Shown: positions 52,675-61,237 of the stretch, piece by piece
Position numbering within the stretch: position 1 is the first letter of the stretch
Layout: every line of letters begins with the position of its first letter
Assembly: GCA_963748825.1 (NCBI GenBank)
Contig: CAVVKN010000002.1
Location: forward strand, 1 to 64,000
From: Methanotrichaceae archaeon
GTDB lineage: Archaea; Halobacteriota; Methanosarcinia; Methanotrichales; Methanotrichaceae
DNA: 64,000 nt
Direction: 5' to 3'
The notes under the pieces: generated by a model
What the model saw: only the letters and a program-made list of their open reading frames with translations
Database searches by the model: none
What the model was told of the DNA's origin: nothing
Made by a program: the position numbers and the translations under genes

Positions 52675-52904
52675 TTTGGCCAAATTCATATAAGTTATGA
52701 TAAATTCATAAAAATCTTTTTGTATTCGAATGTCAGCATAACGTTCAGATCATACAATATCATAAAACCTGTCTCAGTTGCTGCAAAATTGGATCGATCT
52801 TGGGGAATTTTGATAATAGTACACCGCGCCAACGGCATCTTTCCCCTACTCCATTCTGCAGATTACCTACTGTCTGATATTACACAGCTAAAAGGTGGCA
52901 TTAA

Positions 52905-54512
52905 ATGAATCTTAGAAGGCCGAACGCCAATGAAGCAACGGGGACCTTCAATCGCTCCAGAGATGTCGTCCCCATGTCCGGAATTTGCACACGATGCATA
53001 GATGGATGTAAAGGCGGATGCGAAACCTGGCTTGCCTCTTTCCGGGGCAGAGAGGTGCTTTACCCCGGCCCCTTTGGAGAGATGACAGCTGGAGCCGATA
53101 AGAACTACCCACTTGACTATTCTCATCTCAACATTCAGGGTTATGCTGTCGGCGCACACGGTCTCCCTGAAGGGGTAAAACCGGGGCCGGACACATCCAT
53201 CTTCCCTAATGTGGACGTTACTACGGAATACGGCTGGTCTAAAAAGGTGAAGATGAAGCTGCCCATATTCACAGGCGCTCTGGGGTCCACGGAAATTGCC
53301 AGAAAGAACTGGGAGCACTTTGCCGTGGGAGCGGCCATATCTGGCATCACCCTTGTCTGCGGCGAGAACGTCTGTGGAGTGGATCCGGAGCTGGTTCTAG
53401 ACGGCAAAGGCAAGGTGCAAAAGTCTCCGGAGATGGATCGCAGGATTGAGACCTACAAGAGATTCCACGAGGGCTTCGGTGAGATTCTGGTCCAGATGAA
53501 TGTTGAGGACACGCGCCTGGGCGTTGCCGAATACGTCTCCTCCCGACACAACCTGGAGACCATTGAGCTGAAGTGGGGCCAGGGAGCCAAGTGCATCGGC
53601 GGCGAGATAAAGGTGGACACCCTGGAGAGAGCACTGGAGCTGAAGAGCAGGGGCTATGTGGTGCAGCCCGATCCCAGCAATCTAGAGGTGCAGATGTCCT
53701 ACAAGGCAGGGGCCATTAAAGAGTTCGAGAGGCACTCTCGCCTGGGCTTCGTCTCAAGGGATGGGTTCTTCGATGAGATCGACAGGCTGCGAGATTTAGG
53801 CTTCAAGCGCATCACCCTCAAGACGGGTGCCTACAGCATGGCCGAGCTGGCCATGGCCATACGATACGGTGCTGAGGCCAAGATCGATCTTCTCACCATC
53901 GACGGCGCTCCGGGAGGAACCGGCATGAGTCCATGGCCCATGATGAATGAATGGGGCATTCCCACCTTCTATCTGCAGGCTTTGGCCTATGAGTTCTGCG
54001 GCAAGCTCTCCAGAAGGGGTATGAAGGTACCGGACATCGCCATGGCGGGCGGATTTTCCTCGGAGGACGGAGTCTTCAAATCCATTGCCATGGGCGCGCC
54101 CTTTGTTAAAGCGGTGTGCATGGGAAGGGCCCTCATGATCCCGGGAATGGTAGGAAAGAACATCGGCAACTGGCTGGAGAAGGGCGAACTGCCTAAGAGC
54201 GTCTCCAAGTACGGCAGCAAGGCCGAAGAGATCTTTGTCTCCTATGAGGACCTCAAGGCCAGGTTCGGCCAGGAGGTAAAGCAGATTCCATGGGGTGCTA
54301 TCGGCCTTTATACCTACTGCCAGAAGTTCAAGACGGGAATACAGCAGCTCATGGCCGGATCTCGGAACTTCAACCTGGGCACCATCTCCAGAAAGGATCT
54401 CATGGCCCTCTCTGAAGAGGCGGCCTATGTCTCAGGCATACCTTACGTCATGGATGCCTACCGTGATGAAGCGGAAGAGATCCTGGACGCCTGGATCACT
54501 GTGACCGAGTGA
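52905..54512 (+). CDS. FMN-binding glutamate synthase family protein
   Basis: IELKWGQGAKCIGGE, IDGAPGGTG and AMAGG. Confidence 0.9.
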   Translation: MNLRRPNANEATGTFNRSRDVVPMSGICTRCIDGCKGGCETWLASFRGREVLYPGPFGEMTAGADKNYPLDYSHLNIQGYAVGAHGLPEGVKPGPDTSIFPNVDVTTEYGWSKKVKMKLPIFTGALGSTEIARKNWEHFAVGAAISGITLVCGENVCGVDPELVLDGKGKVQKSPEMDRRIETYKRFHEGFGEILVQMNVEDTRLGVAEYVSSRHNLETIELKWGQGAKCIGGEIKVDTLERALELKSRGYVVQPDPSNLEVQMSYKAGAIKEFERHSRLGFVSRDGFFDEIDRLRDLGFKRITLKTGAYSMAELAMAIRYGAEAKIDLLTIDGAPGGTGMSPWPMMNEWGIPTFYLQALAYEFCGKLSRRGMKVPDIAMAGGFSSEDGVFKSIAMGAPFVKAVCMGRALMIPGMVGKNIGNWLEKGELPKSVSKYGSKAEEIFVSYEDLKARFGQEVKQIPWGAIGLYTYCQKFKTGIQQLMAGSRNFNLGTISRKDLMALSEEAAYVSGIPYVMDAYRDEAEEILDAWITVTE

Positions 54513-54612
54513 GGATTTCGAATCGAAACAAAATCAGATGTTTAAGCAAGATAGCAATAACGAAAGCAAGCATGCACGGAATTAAGAATAATTAAGACCT
54601 GCAATTTTTTCA

Positions 54613-54647
54613 GGCATGGCGCAGATTTTAGTGCCATGCCCCTTTTG
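54613..54647 (+). terminator. Hairpin plus T tract downstream of the glutamate synthase-like gene
   Basis: GGCATGGC...GCCATGCC followed by CCTTTT. Confidence 0.5.
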
Positions 54648-54975
54648 CTTGCCGGCAAAATCCTCTTCTCTGCGATGCTGCTTCTTGAGGGGCGACTCAT
54701 TTATTCTTACAATCAAAATCAATTTATTAAGTTTTTTTATGATTTATTATGAATTCGCACACTAAGGACAATATTTAAATTCAATGAGGCCGTATTAAGA
54801 ATATAGCTTTTATGAAATTTATTAATCGCAAAAGTTTAAATAGGCCGACACAACATTTCCGGCCCCCTTAGTCATTTATAAATTTAACTCAGAATAGTTA
54901 AATAGCTAAGGATGGACCTGTGCATCCACCAGTCAAACATAAAGATTTGGGTAGATGCAAAACGGAGATGCAATA

Positions 54976-56223
54976 ATGTCCAAACCGAATCCCTTTGAGA
55001 TAGCCCAAAAACAACTCGACGATTGTGCTAAGATTCTGAACCTGGATGCCGGAGTGCACGAGTTCCTCAAGCACCCCAGGCGAGAATTCCACATATCTAT
55101 CCCGGTACGAATGGACGACGGCAGCATGAAGATGTTCCAGGGTTACAGAGTTCAGTATAATGATGCTCTTGGCCCCTGCAAGGGCGGCATAAGATACCAT
55201 CCTGACGAGACCATCGACACGGTGCGAGCCCTATCTGCCTGGATGACCTGGAAGTGTTCTCTTCTCGGCCTGCCCCTGGGCGGAGGCAAAGGCGGAGTCA
55301 TATGCAATCCCAAGGAGTTGTCCATGGGTGAGCAGGAGCGCCTCTGCCGTGGCTACATTGACATGATCTGGCAGAATGTAGGTCCCGAGAAGGACATTCC
55401 CGCACCTGACGTATATACCACTCCCCAGATGATGGCCTGGATGATGGATGAGTACTCAAAACTGACTGGCTCCAACAACTTCGGATGCATAACCGGCAAG
55501 CCCCTCTGCGTGGGCGGCTCTTGCGGCAGAAGCGATGCTACCGCCCGAGGGGGCATGTACGCTCTGCGAGAGGCTGCCAAAGAGTTCAACATCGATCTAT
55601 CGAAGGCAACCGTGGCCATTCAGGGATACGGCAATGCGGGAAGCTACGCCCATTCTCTGGCCAAGGAGCTTTTCGGCAGCAAGGTTGTCGCCGTCAGCGA
55701 CTCCAAGGGGGGAGTATTCAATGCAGCCGGCATAGATGCCGATGAGGCCGCCAAGGTTAAGGCCGAGACCTCAAGCGTGGCCAATATTCCCAACTCAAAG
55801 AAGATAAGCAATGAAGAGCTCTTAGAGCTGGATGTGGATATTCTCGTTGCTGCTGCCTTAGAGAACGTGATCACCAAGGAGAACGCAGGAAGGATCAAGG
55901 CCAAGGTCATTGTGGAGCTGGCCAATGGCCCCACCACACCGGAAGCTGACGCCATACTCTTCCAAAACAAAGTGCACGTCATTCCCGACTTCCTGGCCAA
56001 TGCCGGCGGTGTAACCGTCTCCTATTTCGAGATGGTGCAGAACATCATGCGCTACTGCTGGTCCTTCGATGAGGTCTACCAGAAGCTAGATGAGAGGATG
56101 ACCATGGCCTACCAGGGCGTCCTTGCCGCCTCAAAGAAGTACAAGGTAAACATGCGCCAGGCAGCCTACACCGTAGCTGTGGCAAGGGTCGTCGAGGCCA
56201 TGAAGATGCGCGGCTGGGTATAG
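54976..56223 (+). CDS. gdhA: Glutamate dehydrogenase
   Basis: GPCKGGIRYHP, GGGKGG, DIPAPD, QGYGNAG, ELANGP and PDFLANAGGV. Confidence 0.95.
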   Translation: MSKPNPFEIAQKQLDDCAKILNLDAGVHEFLKHPRREFHISIPVRMDDGSMKMFQGYRVQYNDALGPCKGGIRYHPDETIDTVRALSAWMTWKCSLLGLPLGGGKGGVICNPKELSMGEQERLCRGYIDMIWQNVGPEKDIPAPDVYTTPQMMAWMMDEYSKLTGSNNFGCITGKPLCVGGSCGRSDATARGGMYALREAAKEFNIDLSKATVAIQGYGNAGSYAHSLAKELFGSKVVAVSDSKGGVFNAAGIDADEAAKVKAETSSVANIPNSKKISNEELLELDVDILVAAALENVITKENAGRIKAKVIVELANGPTTPEADAILFQNKVHVIPDFLANAGGVTVSYFEMVQNIMRYCWSFDEVYQKLDERMTMAYQGVLAASKKYKVNMRQAAYTVAVARVVEAMKMRGWV

Positions 56224-56531
56224 GAGCGAGGCAAATTCCTGATTGGTTCAAAACCACCATGCATAGGTGCTTTGCGTTCTACTCGGGCTAGGGCCCATCA
56301 TAGGGGCGCAAAGGCCTCTTATTTTTGTATATATATGATATATTTAATTTTCAAAATGATTGTCTAGCAGCTTGCTGCGCTGGTACGCCGTTGCAGTTTT
56401 ACTAAATAGTTTTATTATATAATAAAACCCGAAAATGGATGCTATATCCATTTTATACAAATTAAATTAATATATTGTGATTTAAAAAAGTTCTACTCGC
56501 TTAAAATAGGTGGAAAAATTTGTAAAATGAC

Positions 56532-56786
56532 TCAAACCCGCACCTTCTCCGGTCTCTCTTCTCCTGCCCCCAATGGCCAATGCGCCGCCACATCCGCGCT
56601 TTCCGCCGGTAGATACCTCTCCCAAGGCCTCCAGAGCGGCTGCGTGCTGGCCATTCTCTCTTCCACGCCTTCTTCGGGCAGAATCTGATCCCAGGGCTTC
56701 ATGCACAGTACGGCAGCCCCTGCCCTCGTCTCCACCATTGCCGAGGGTAAATACCTCTCCCAAGTTGTCCAGTTTCTAGCTTTCAT
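56532..56786 (-). CDS. Small hypothetical protein with duplicated WERYLP motif
   Basis: AGGAG upstream of the ATG; internal repeat; T-rich terminator-like sequence downstream. Confidence 0.55.
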   Translation of the reverse strand: MKARNWTTWERYLPSAMVETRAGAAVLCMKPWDQILPEEGVEERMASTQPLWRPWERYLPAESADVAAHWPLGAGEERPEKVRV

Positions 56787-56956
56787 TTGCCTATCTCCTG
56801 ATACTTTTCTTGCTCTCTTCTATTTAGCTATTTTTAAGAATTGTTCATAATTATTCATAACATATTGCGTATGAAAAATTCATAAAATCATAACAAAATC
56901 ATTATGAGAATTGCCCACATGCCAATCCCTGACATCTAAACTCAGGTGTTGTGTGG

Positions 56957-57034
56957 ATGAGGTACATCGAGTTCACGCTTCACCCCGACGTCTACAGGTT
57001 TAGAATGATGAAGAAGGCCAGTAAAAAGCAATAA
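56957..57034 (+). CDS. Putative 25-aa microprotein MRYIEFTLHPDVYRFRMMKKASKKQ
   Basis: Manual translation; AGGTG upstream; divergent from the WERYLP ORF. Confidence 0.3.
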   Translation: MRYIEFTLHPDVYRFRMMKKASKKQ

Positions 57035-57093
57035 TCAACAAATATCAAAAATTAATAATAAGAGGAACAAAGAATGCCGATTTTCTCGCGCTT

Positions 57094-57440
57094 TCACGGG
57101 CTCTTTCTGCTCCTTCCCAGCACCATCTGCCGTGTTGCCCTATCCGCCTCTATATTGCGCCGGCAGATCGGGCAGACCCGGACCCATTCCAGGCCCTCAG
57201 AGTCCTTCTGCATGTTGGCAGGCAGAGAGGATTCGATCCTCCTCAACATGGGCTCCGTGGCATAGCGCGATGTGCAGATCTTGCAGGCCACCAGATCAAA
57301 GGACACATCAGGCTCCGGCACGGCCTCATCGAAAAGCACCAGAGTCAGAGCCTTGGCAGGGCAAAACTCCACGCAAAGATCGCACTTGTATGCCGAGCTT
57401 GTCAGTCCAGACGACTTCGATGAGACTGGCCAATATGCAA
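57094..57440 (-). pseudogene. 5'-truncated 4Fe-4S binding protein remnant
   Basis: YKCDLCVEFCP lacks the first Cys of CxxCxxCxxxCP; CKIC and CPIC follow; in-frame stop just upstream with no ATG. Confidence 0.55.
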
Positions 57441-57529
57441 CTTATGCAGGAACAGAGAGCGCTTTAGGGAAAGCGTTCAATGCGATCAATAAAATAGAAG
57501 CTTTCAGTTAGCAGAGCTTATATAACCTA

Positions 57530-57549
57530 ATGTAACACAAGGTTAACAT
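57530..57549. promoter_or_regulatory. Operator ATGTAA-N8-TAACAT upstream of the DUF2178-XRE operon
   Basis: Lies just downstream of the TATA box TTATATAA (57518-57525); identical arms recur at 62471-62490. Confidence 0.6.
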
Positions 57550-57558
57550 AGTGATATC

Positions 57559-57960
57559 ATGGATGTAAACGAGTCGAAAATTTGCAGAATGACGATCATC
57601 GTATCCATGGTAGCTTTGGTTGGCTGGTTTATGGCTGCTGGAAATGCTTATTTAGTGGCGATTTCTATAACTGCAGGTGCAGTTCTTTTCTATTTATGTA
57701 AATCTGAAATCAAAGAGGTCGTAGAGGATGAGAGGGATGTAAAAGTAAGCGAAAAGGCATCCAAGCTGGCCATAGGGATCTTCGCTGCGGCAAACATCTT
57801 GACCGGCGTTATCTTAATTGCGCTTAGATATAGATACCCTGAGTATATATATATCGGCTTTATCCTAGCATTCTCTGCCTCCTCTTTGATGGTATTATAT
57901 TCGCTTCTGTATGGATACTACAACAAGAAATATGGATACGAGCCTCTAAATGAAGAATAA
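57559..57960 (+). CDS. DUF2178 family membrane protein
   Basis: Four TM segments with EDERDVKVSEKAS; overlaps the XRE gene. Confidence 0.85.
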   Translation: MDVNESKICRMTIIVSMVALVGWFMAAGNAYLVAISITAGAVLFYLCKSEIKEVVEDERDVKVSEKASKLAIGIFAAANILTGVILIALRYRYPEYIYIGFILAFSASSLMVLYSLLYGYYNKKYGYEPLNEE

Positions 57961-58174
57961 AGTCAAGGTTTACCGGGCCATACACGATCTAACACAGGAG
58001 GAACTTGCCCAAAAGATGGGAGTGACCAGGCAGACAGTACTTGCCATCGAAAAGGGCAAATATAGCCCATCTTTAGACCTTGCCTTTAAAATGGCGAAGA
58101 TCTTTGGCGTTGAAATTGAGGATATTTTCACCTATGAAGCCCCTCAGGAGAATAACGACTTAGAAGGCGTTTAG
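57950..58174 (+). CDS. XRE family HTH transcriptional regulator
   Basis: LTQEELAQKMGVTRQTVLAIEKGKYSPSLDLAFKMA. Confidence 0.95.
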   Translation: MKNKVKVYRAIHDLTQEELAQKMGVTRQTVLAIEKGKYSPSLDLAFKMAKIFGVEIEDIFTYEAPQENNDLEGV

Positions 58175-58275
58175 ATTATTATAATTAGCTTCTGGATGAG
58201 TTTGGCATCGATCGAAGCTGGAAATATGGTCATAAATTCACGGAGAAATGCTCTCTCGATGGAGTTGATCTATAG

Positions 58276-59526
58276 GTGAACAAAGAGTCTCATGTCCGTC
58301 ACCTTATCCGTAAAATAAAGGCATCCACCGCATCTACAAAGTTCAGCGAGGAGCCGTTAATATTAGGGCTAGCCCTATTACTAATGCTATTACTACTGTA
58401 TGCCTTTGGGGCCTTTGCGCCTCAGGAGGGGATGTGGAATGGAACCTATGGCGGTACTGGGTCGGATGTTGGAAACTCAGTCTTACAGGCCAAAGATGAC
58501 GGATATGTCATTGCAGGCACCACCAGTTCCTATGGTGTTGGTAAAGGTGATGCCTGGCTGATAAAGACGAATCAAAAGGGCAACGAGAAGTGGAACAGGA
58601 CTTTCGGCGGATCTAGCGATGACTCTGGTGAAGTAGTGTTGCAGATCGAAGACAGCAGCTATTTGCTCGCCGGCGCGACAAGCTCCTTTGGTGCTGGAGA
58701 TTTTGATGCCTGGCTGATAAAGACCAACTTTGATGGGAAAGAGCATTGGAATAAAACCTATGGAGGGTCCAGCTACGATTGGGGTTACTCGGTTCAGGAG
58801 ATAAAAGATGGTGGCTATATCATCGCTGGTGAGACGAGATCCTATGGGGCCGGTGGAAGCGATGTTTGGCTGATAAAAACCGATGCGTCCGGTAATGAGG
58901 ATTGGAATAGAACCTTCGGAGGGTCGAAGGACGACGGCGGTCGTGCGGTACAAAGGACTAAGGATGACGGCTATGTTATCGCAGGTTTCACAGAGTCTTA
59001 TGGTGCAGGCGGCAAAGATGTCTGGCTGATAAAGACGGATGCTGCGGGCAAAGAGCAATGGAATATAACTTTTGGGGGATCGAGAGACGACTGCGGAGAA
59101 TCAGTCCAGCAGGTAAAAGATGGTGGCTACATCATCGCAAGCGGTGCAAATGCTCCTCTGACTAATAAATCCCTCACGGGTGATGCCTGGCTGATAAGGA
59201 CTGATTCCAATGGCACCATGCAATGGGGCAAGATCTTCAGCTTCGGGAATTCGGACTATAATCTTGGCACCGCAGCGCAAGAGACAAAAGATGGCGGCTA
59301 TATCCTCGCAGGTTACGGCTTAGGTACTGAGATAGACGCATGGCTGATAAAAACCGATAACGTGGGAATGAAGAAATGGGATAGAGTCCTCGATGAATCG
59401 GGCAGAAATGAAGGCTCATCGGTCCAGCAAGCTAATGATGGCAGTTACATCAGTACTGGTTGGACGATCTCTTCCGGAAATGTCGATGCCTGGCTAATGA
59501 AAATAGCGGAGAGAATGGAGTCTTAA
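58276..59526 (+). CDS. Membrane-anchored/secreted 7-repeat beta-propeller protein
   Basis: N-terminal hydrophobic segment; seven ~52-aa repeats W(N)xTFGG...DGGYIIAG...DxWLIKTD. Confidence 0.85.
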   Translation: MNKESHVRHLIRKIKASTASTKFSEEPLILGLALLLMLLLLYAFGAFAPQEGMWNGTYGGTGSDVGNSVLQAKDDGYVIAGTTSSYGVGKGDAWLIKTNQKGNEKWNRTFGGSSDDSGEVVLQIEDSSYLLAGATSSFGAGDFDAWLIKTNFDGKEHWNKTYGGSSYDWGYSVQEIKDGGYIIAGETRSYGAGGSDVWLIKTDASGNEDWNRTFGGSKDDGGRAVQRTKDDGYVIAGFTESYGAGGKDVWLIKTDAAGKEQWNITFGGSRDDCGESVQQVKDGGYIIASGANAPLTNKSLTGDAWLIRTDSNGTMQWGKIFSFGNSDYNLGTAAQETKDGGYILAGYGLGTEIDAWLIKTDNVGMKKWDRVLDESGRNEGSSVQQANDGSYISTGWTISSGNVDAWLMKIAERMES

Positions 59527-59784
59527 GTGGATTTTGCATTCTCTCCATTCATAGCCATTTTTCAGGCAGTTCTCTTTTCCAGCTTTCTCTGTGCTAAATA
59601 CTTGTGTGAAATAATTTCAGAATGATGGCACTTGAAAAGAGTTATGCCGTCCACTTATTCAGTTTGCATAGTTGCAATATGCTACGATATTAGTAATAAA
59701 ATATCTGCTGCATGCATGCTAAAGCTAAAATCCCTATCAGTGGCAAGCTGGAATGAAGATGCCTTTATTTAAACCTTTTCTTTT

Positions 59785-59856
59785 TGTTCAGAAAATCCGA
59801 ACAAACTGGTTAATATAGTATTTAAATCTTCTCTTTATGTTCGGAAAATCCGGGCA
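59785..59856. promoter_or_regulatory. Two TGTTC(G/A)G-AAAAT-CCG(A/G)(A/G)CA palindromic operators flanking a TATA-like box
   Basis: 59785-59803 TGTTCAG-AAAAT-CCGAACA and 59838-59856 TGTTCGG-AAAAT-CCGGGCA, with TTAATATA/TTTAAAT between them. Confidence 0.65.
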
Positions 59857-59944
59857 ATTTCAATAGATTTATCTAGTTATGAGTGGTATCAGTGGTTGTG
59901 CTTCCAAAAAGCACAGTTGAGCGAGTAAAGAGTGGGGAAATGTT

Positions 59945-60877
59945 ATGGAAGAAAAAGAAGCAAAGGATAAGCTGGCAAGCCTGCCTGTGAACCAGGCACC
60001 TTGCCAGGAGAGCCAAGAAAACAAAGCATCCTCCTCTCAGGAAATGGCAAAGCGTAGCTGTGGATGCGGAGAAGGTGCGAAAGCCAAGGGCACAAATGCG
60101 CCCCAATACGTCTACGCCCTTGGAAAGATCGAACCTCGCTTTCGAAGCATGGCCGTGGAAAGAGAGTTTGCCCAGGCCACTGGCAGGGCGGAGACAACCG
60201 GACTTACGGATCAACAGGCCTTCTATTCGGTTCTGTCAAAGAAGGAAAATAGGTATCTGGTACGTGATCTGTGTTGGGCCCTGGCCATAGGGGGTGTGGC
60301 CGCCTATATCCTGTTGCCGAAGGACCCATTGGATTTTGATCGTCTGGTGGAATCTGTCAATCCTCAACAGAATAAAGCGGACATAGATATCGTGGTCGGA
60401 TTAAAGGGACCAGTTGCTCCGCCTGAAATGTGCGCCGGGCTGCAGGTTCCCATAGTTGGGTTCGATCAGCTCTTCTCATTCAATAGAGAAGAGTTCATAA
60501 GGTCTATTCCACGTCCTGAGTCGATCCCTGAAAAGCAGGAGGAGAAGTTCAGAGCTGCCGCCAATGAGCTGTTCGACAGGATCCTGCAAATGGCGGACAA
60601 TACTGGAGCCACTGATGAACATAGGGCGCTGAATTACCTTTCAGTCCGATATCCAGCAATCTATGCCAAGGCGGCAGAGGAGTTCGAGTACAACTTTTCC
60701 CTGACAGGCGTAGAAGCCAGGCTATCGAGGCTAAGCGGAGCGCGAAAGATAGTCTCTGTGATCTTCACCTACACTAACAGGGAGACCGATGTCGTTGAGA
60801 AGTACTTCGTGCGCGTGGATGTGAGCGAAGAGTTTCCATTCCTGGTCACCAAGATGGCGCCGTACTACGACAGGTGA
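59945..60877 (+). CDS. Stand-alone PatG/PatA C-terminal DUF (PatG_D/PatG_C-like) protein
   Basis: SCGCG, YVYALGKIEPRF, NRYL..LCW, MCAGLQVP, NTGATDEHRALNYL.VRYP and EKYFVRVDVSEEFPFLVT; no S8 protease domain. Confidence 0.85.
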   Translation: MEEKEAKDKLASLPVNQAPCQESQENKASSSQEMAKRSCGCGEGAKAKGTNAPQYVYALGKIEPRFRSMAVEREFAQATGRAETTGLTDQQAFYSVLSKKENRYLVRDLCWALAIGGVAAYILLPKDPLDFDRLVESVNPQQNKADIDIVVGLKGPVAPPEMCAGLQVPIVGFDQLFSFNREEFIRSIPRPESIPEKQEEKFRAAANELFDRILQMADNTGATDEHRALNYLSVRYPAIYAKAAEEFEYNFSLTGVEARLSRLSGARKIVSVIFTYTNRETDVVEKYFVRVDVSEEFPFLVTKMAPYYDR

Positions 60878-60901
60878 ATAAATAAAACGGAGGTGAAATA
60901 T

Positions 60902-61078
60902 ATGACATGTTATTGCTGCTATAAATCCAATGGATCCTGTAGCTCTGGCCTCTTTTGTGCCTGGAACAACGTGGGCGCAGCATGCTCTGCTGCAGCTTCT
61001 GATTTTGCACGACGTTGTGGCAGTGGAGGGGGCTCTCTCTACTGGGGAATATACCCAGATTATTACTGCGGTTATTAG
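60902..61078 (+). CDS. 58-aa cysteine-rich peptide (8 Cys), putative RiPP precursor or toxin
   Basis: GGAGGTGA SD at 60889-60896; 24 bp after the PatG-DUF stop; followed by a T-rich terminator. Confidence 0.7.
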   Translation: MTCYCCYKSNGSCSSGLFCAWNNVGAACSAAASDFARRCGSGGGSLYWGIYPDYYCGY

Positions 61079-61237
61079 GGAAATATGTATTAAAAATTTT
61101 TATTTTTTATTTTAAAAGTTATCTATTTATGATATATTTGTGAAATATTCTACATTAGGATTAAAAAATAATTGCCATCTTGCGATGACAATCTGATGAC
61201 AATCCACTTACTATGGACTATTCTTCCTACAACAATT

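Noticed and set aside
59945-61078. Complete cyanobactin biosynthetic cluster
   Set aside because: No S8 protease, heterocyclase or oxidase, and the peptide lacks a PatE-like leader or AYD recognition motif.
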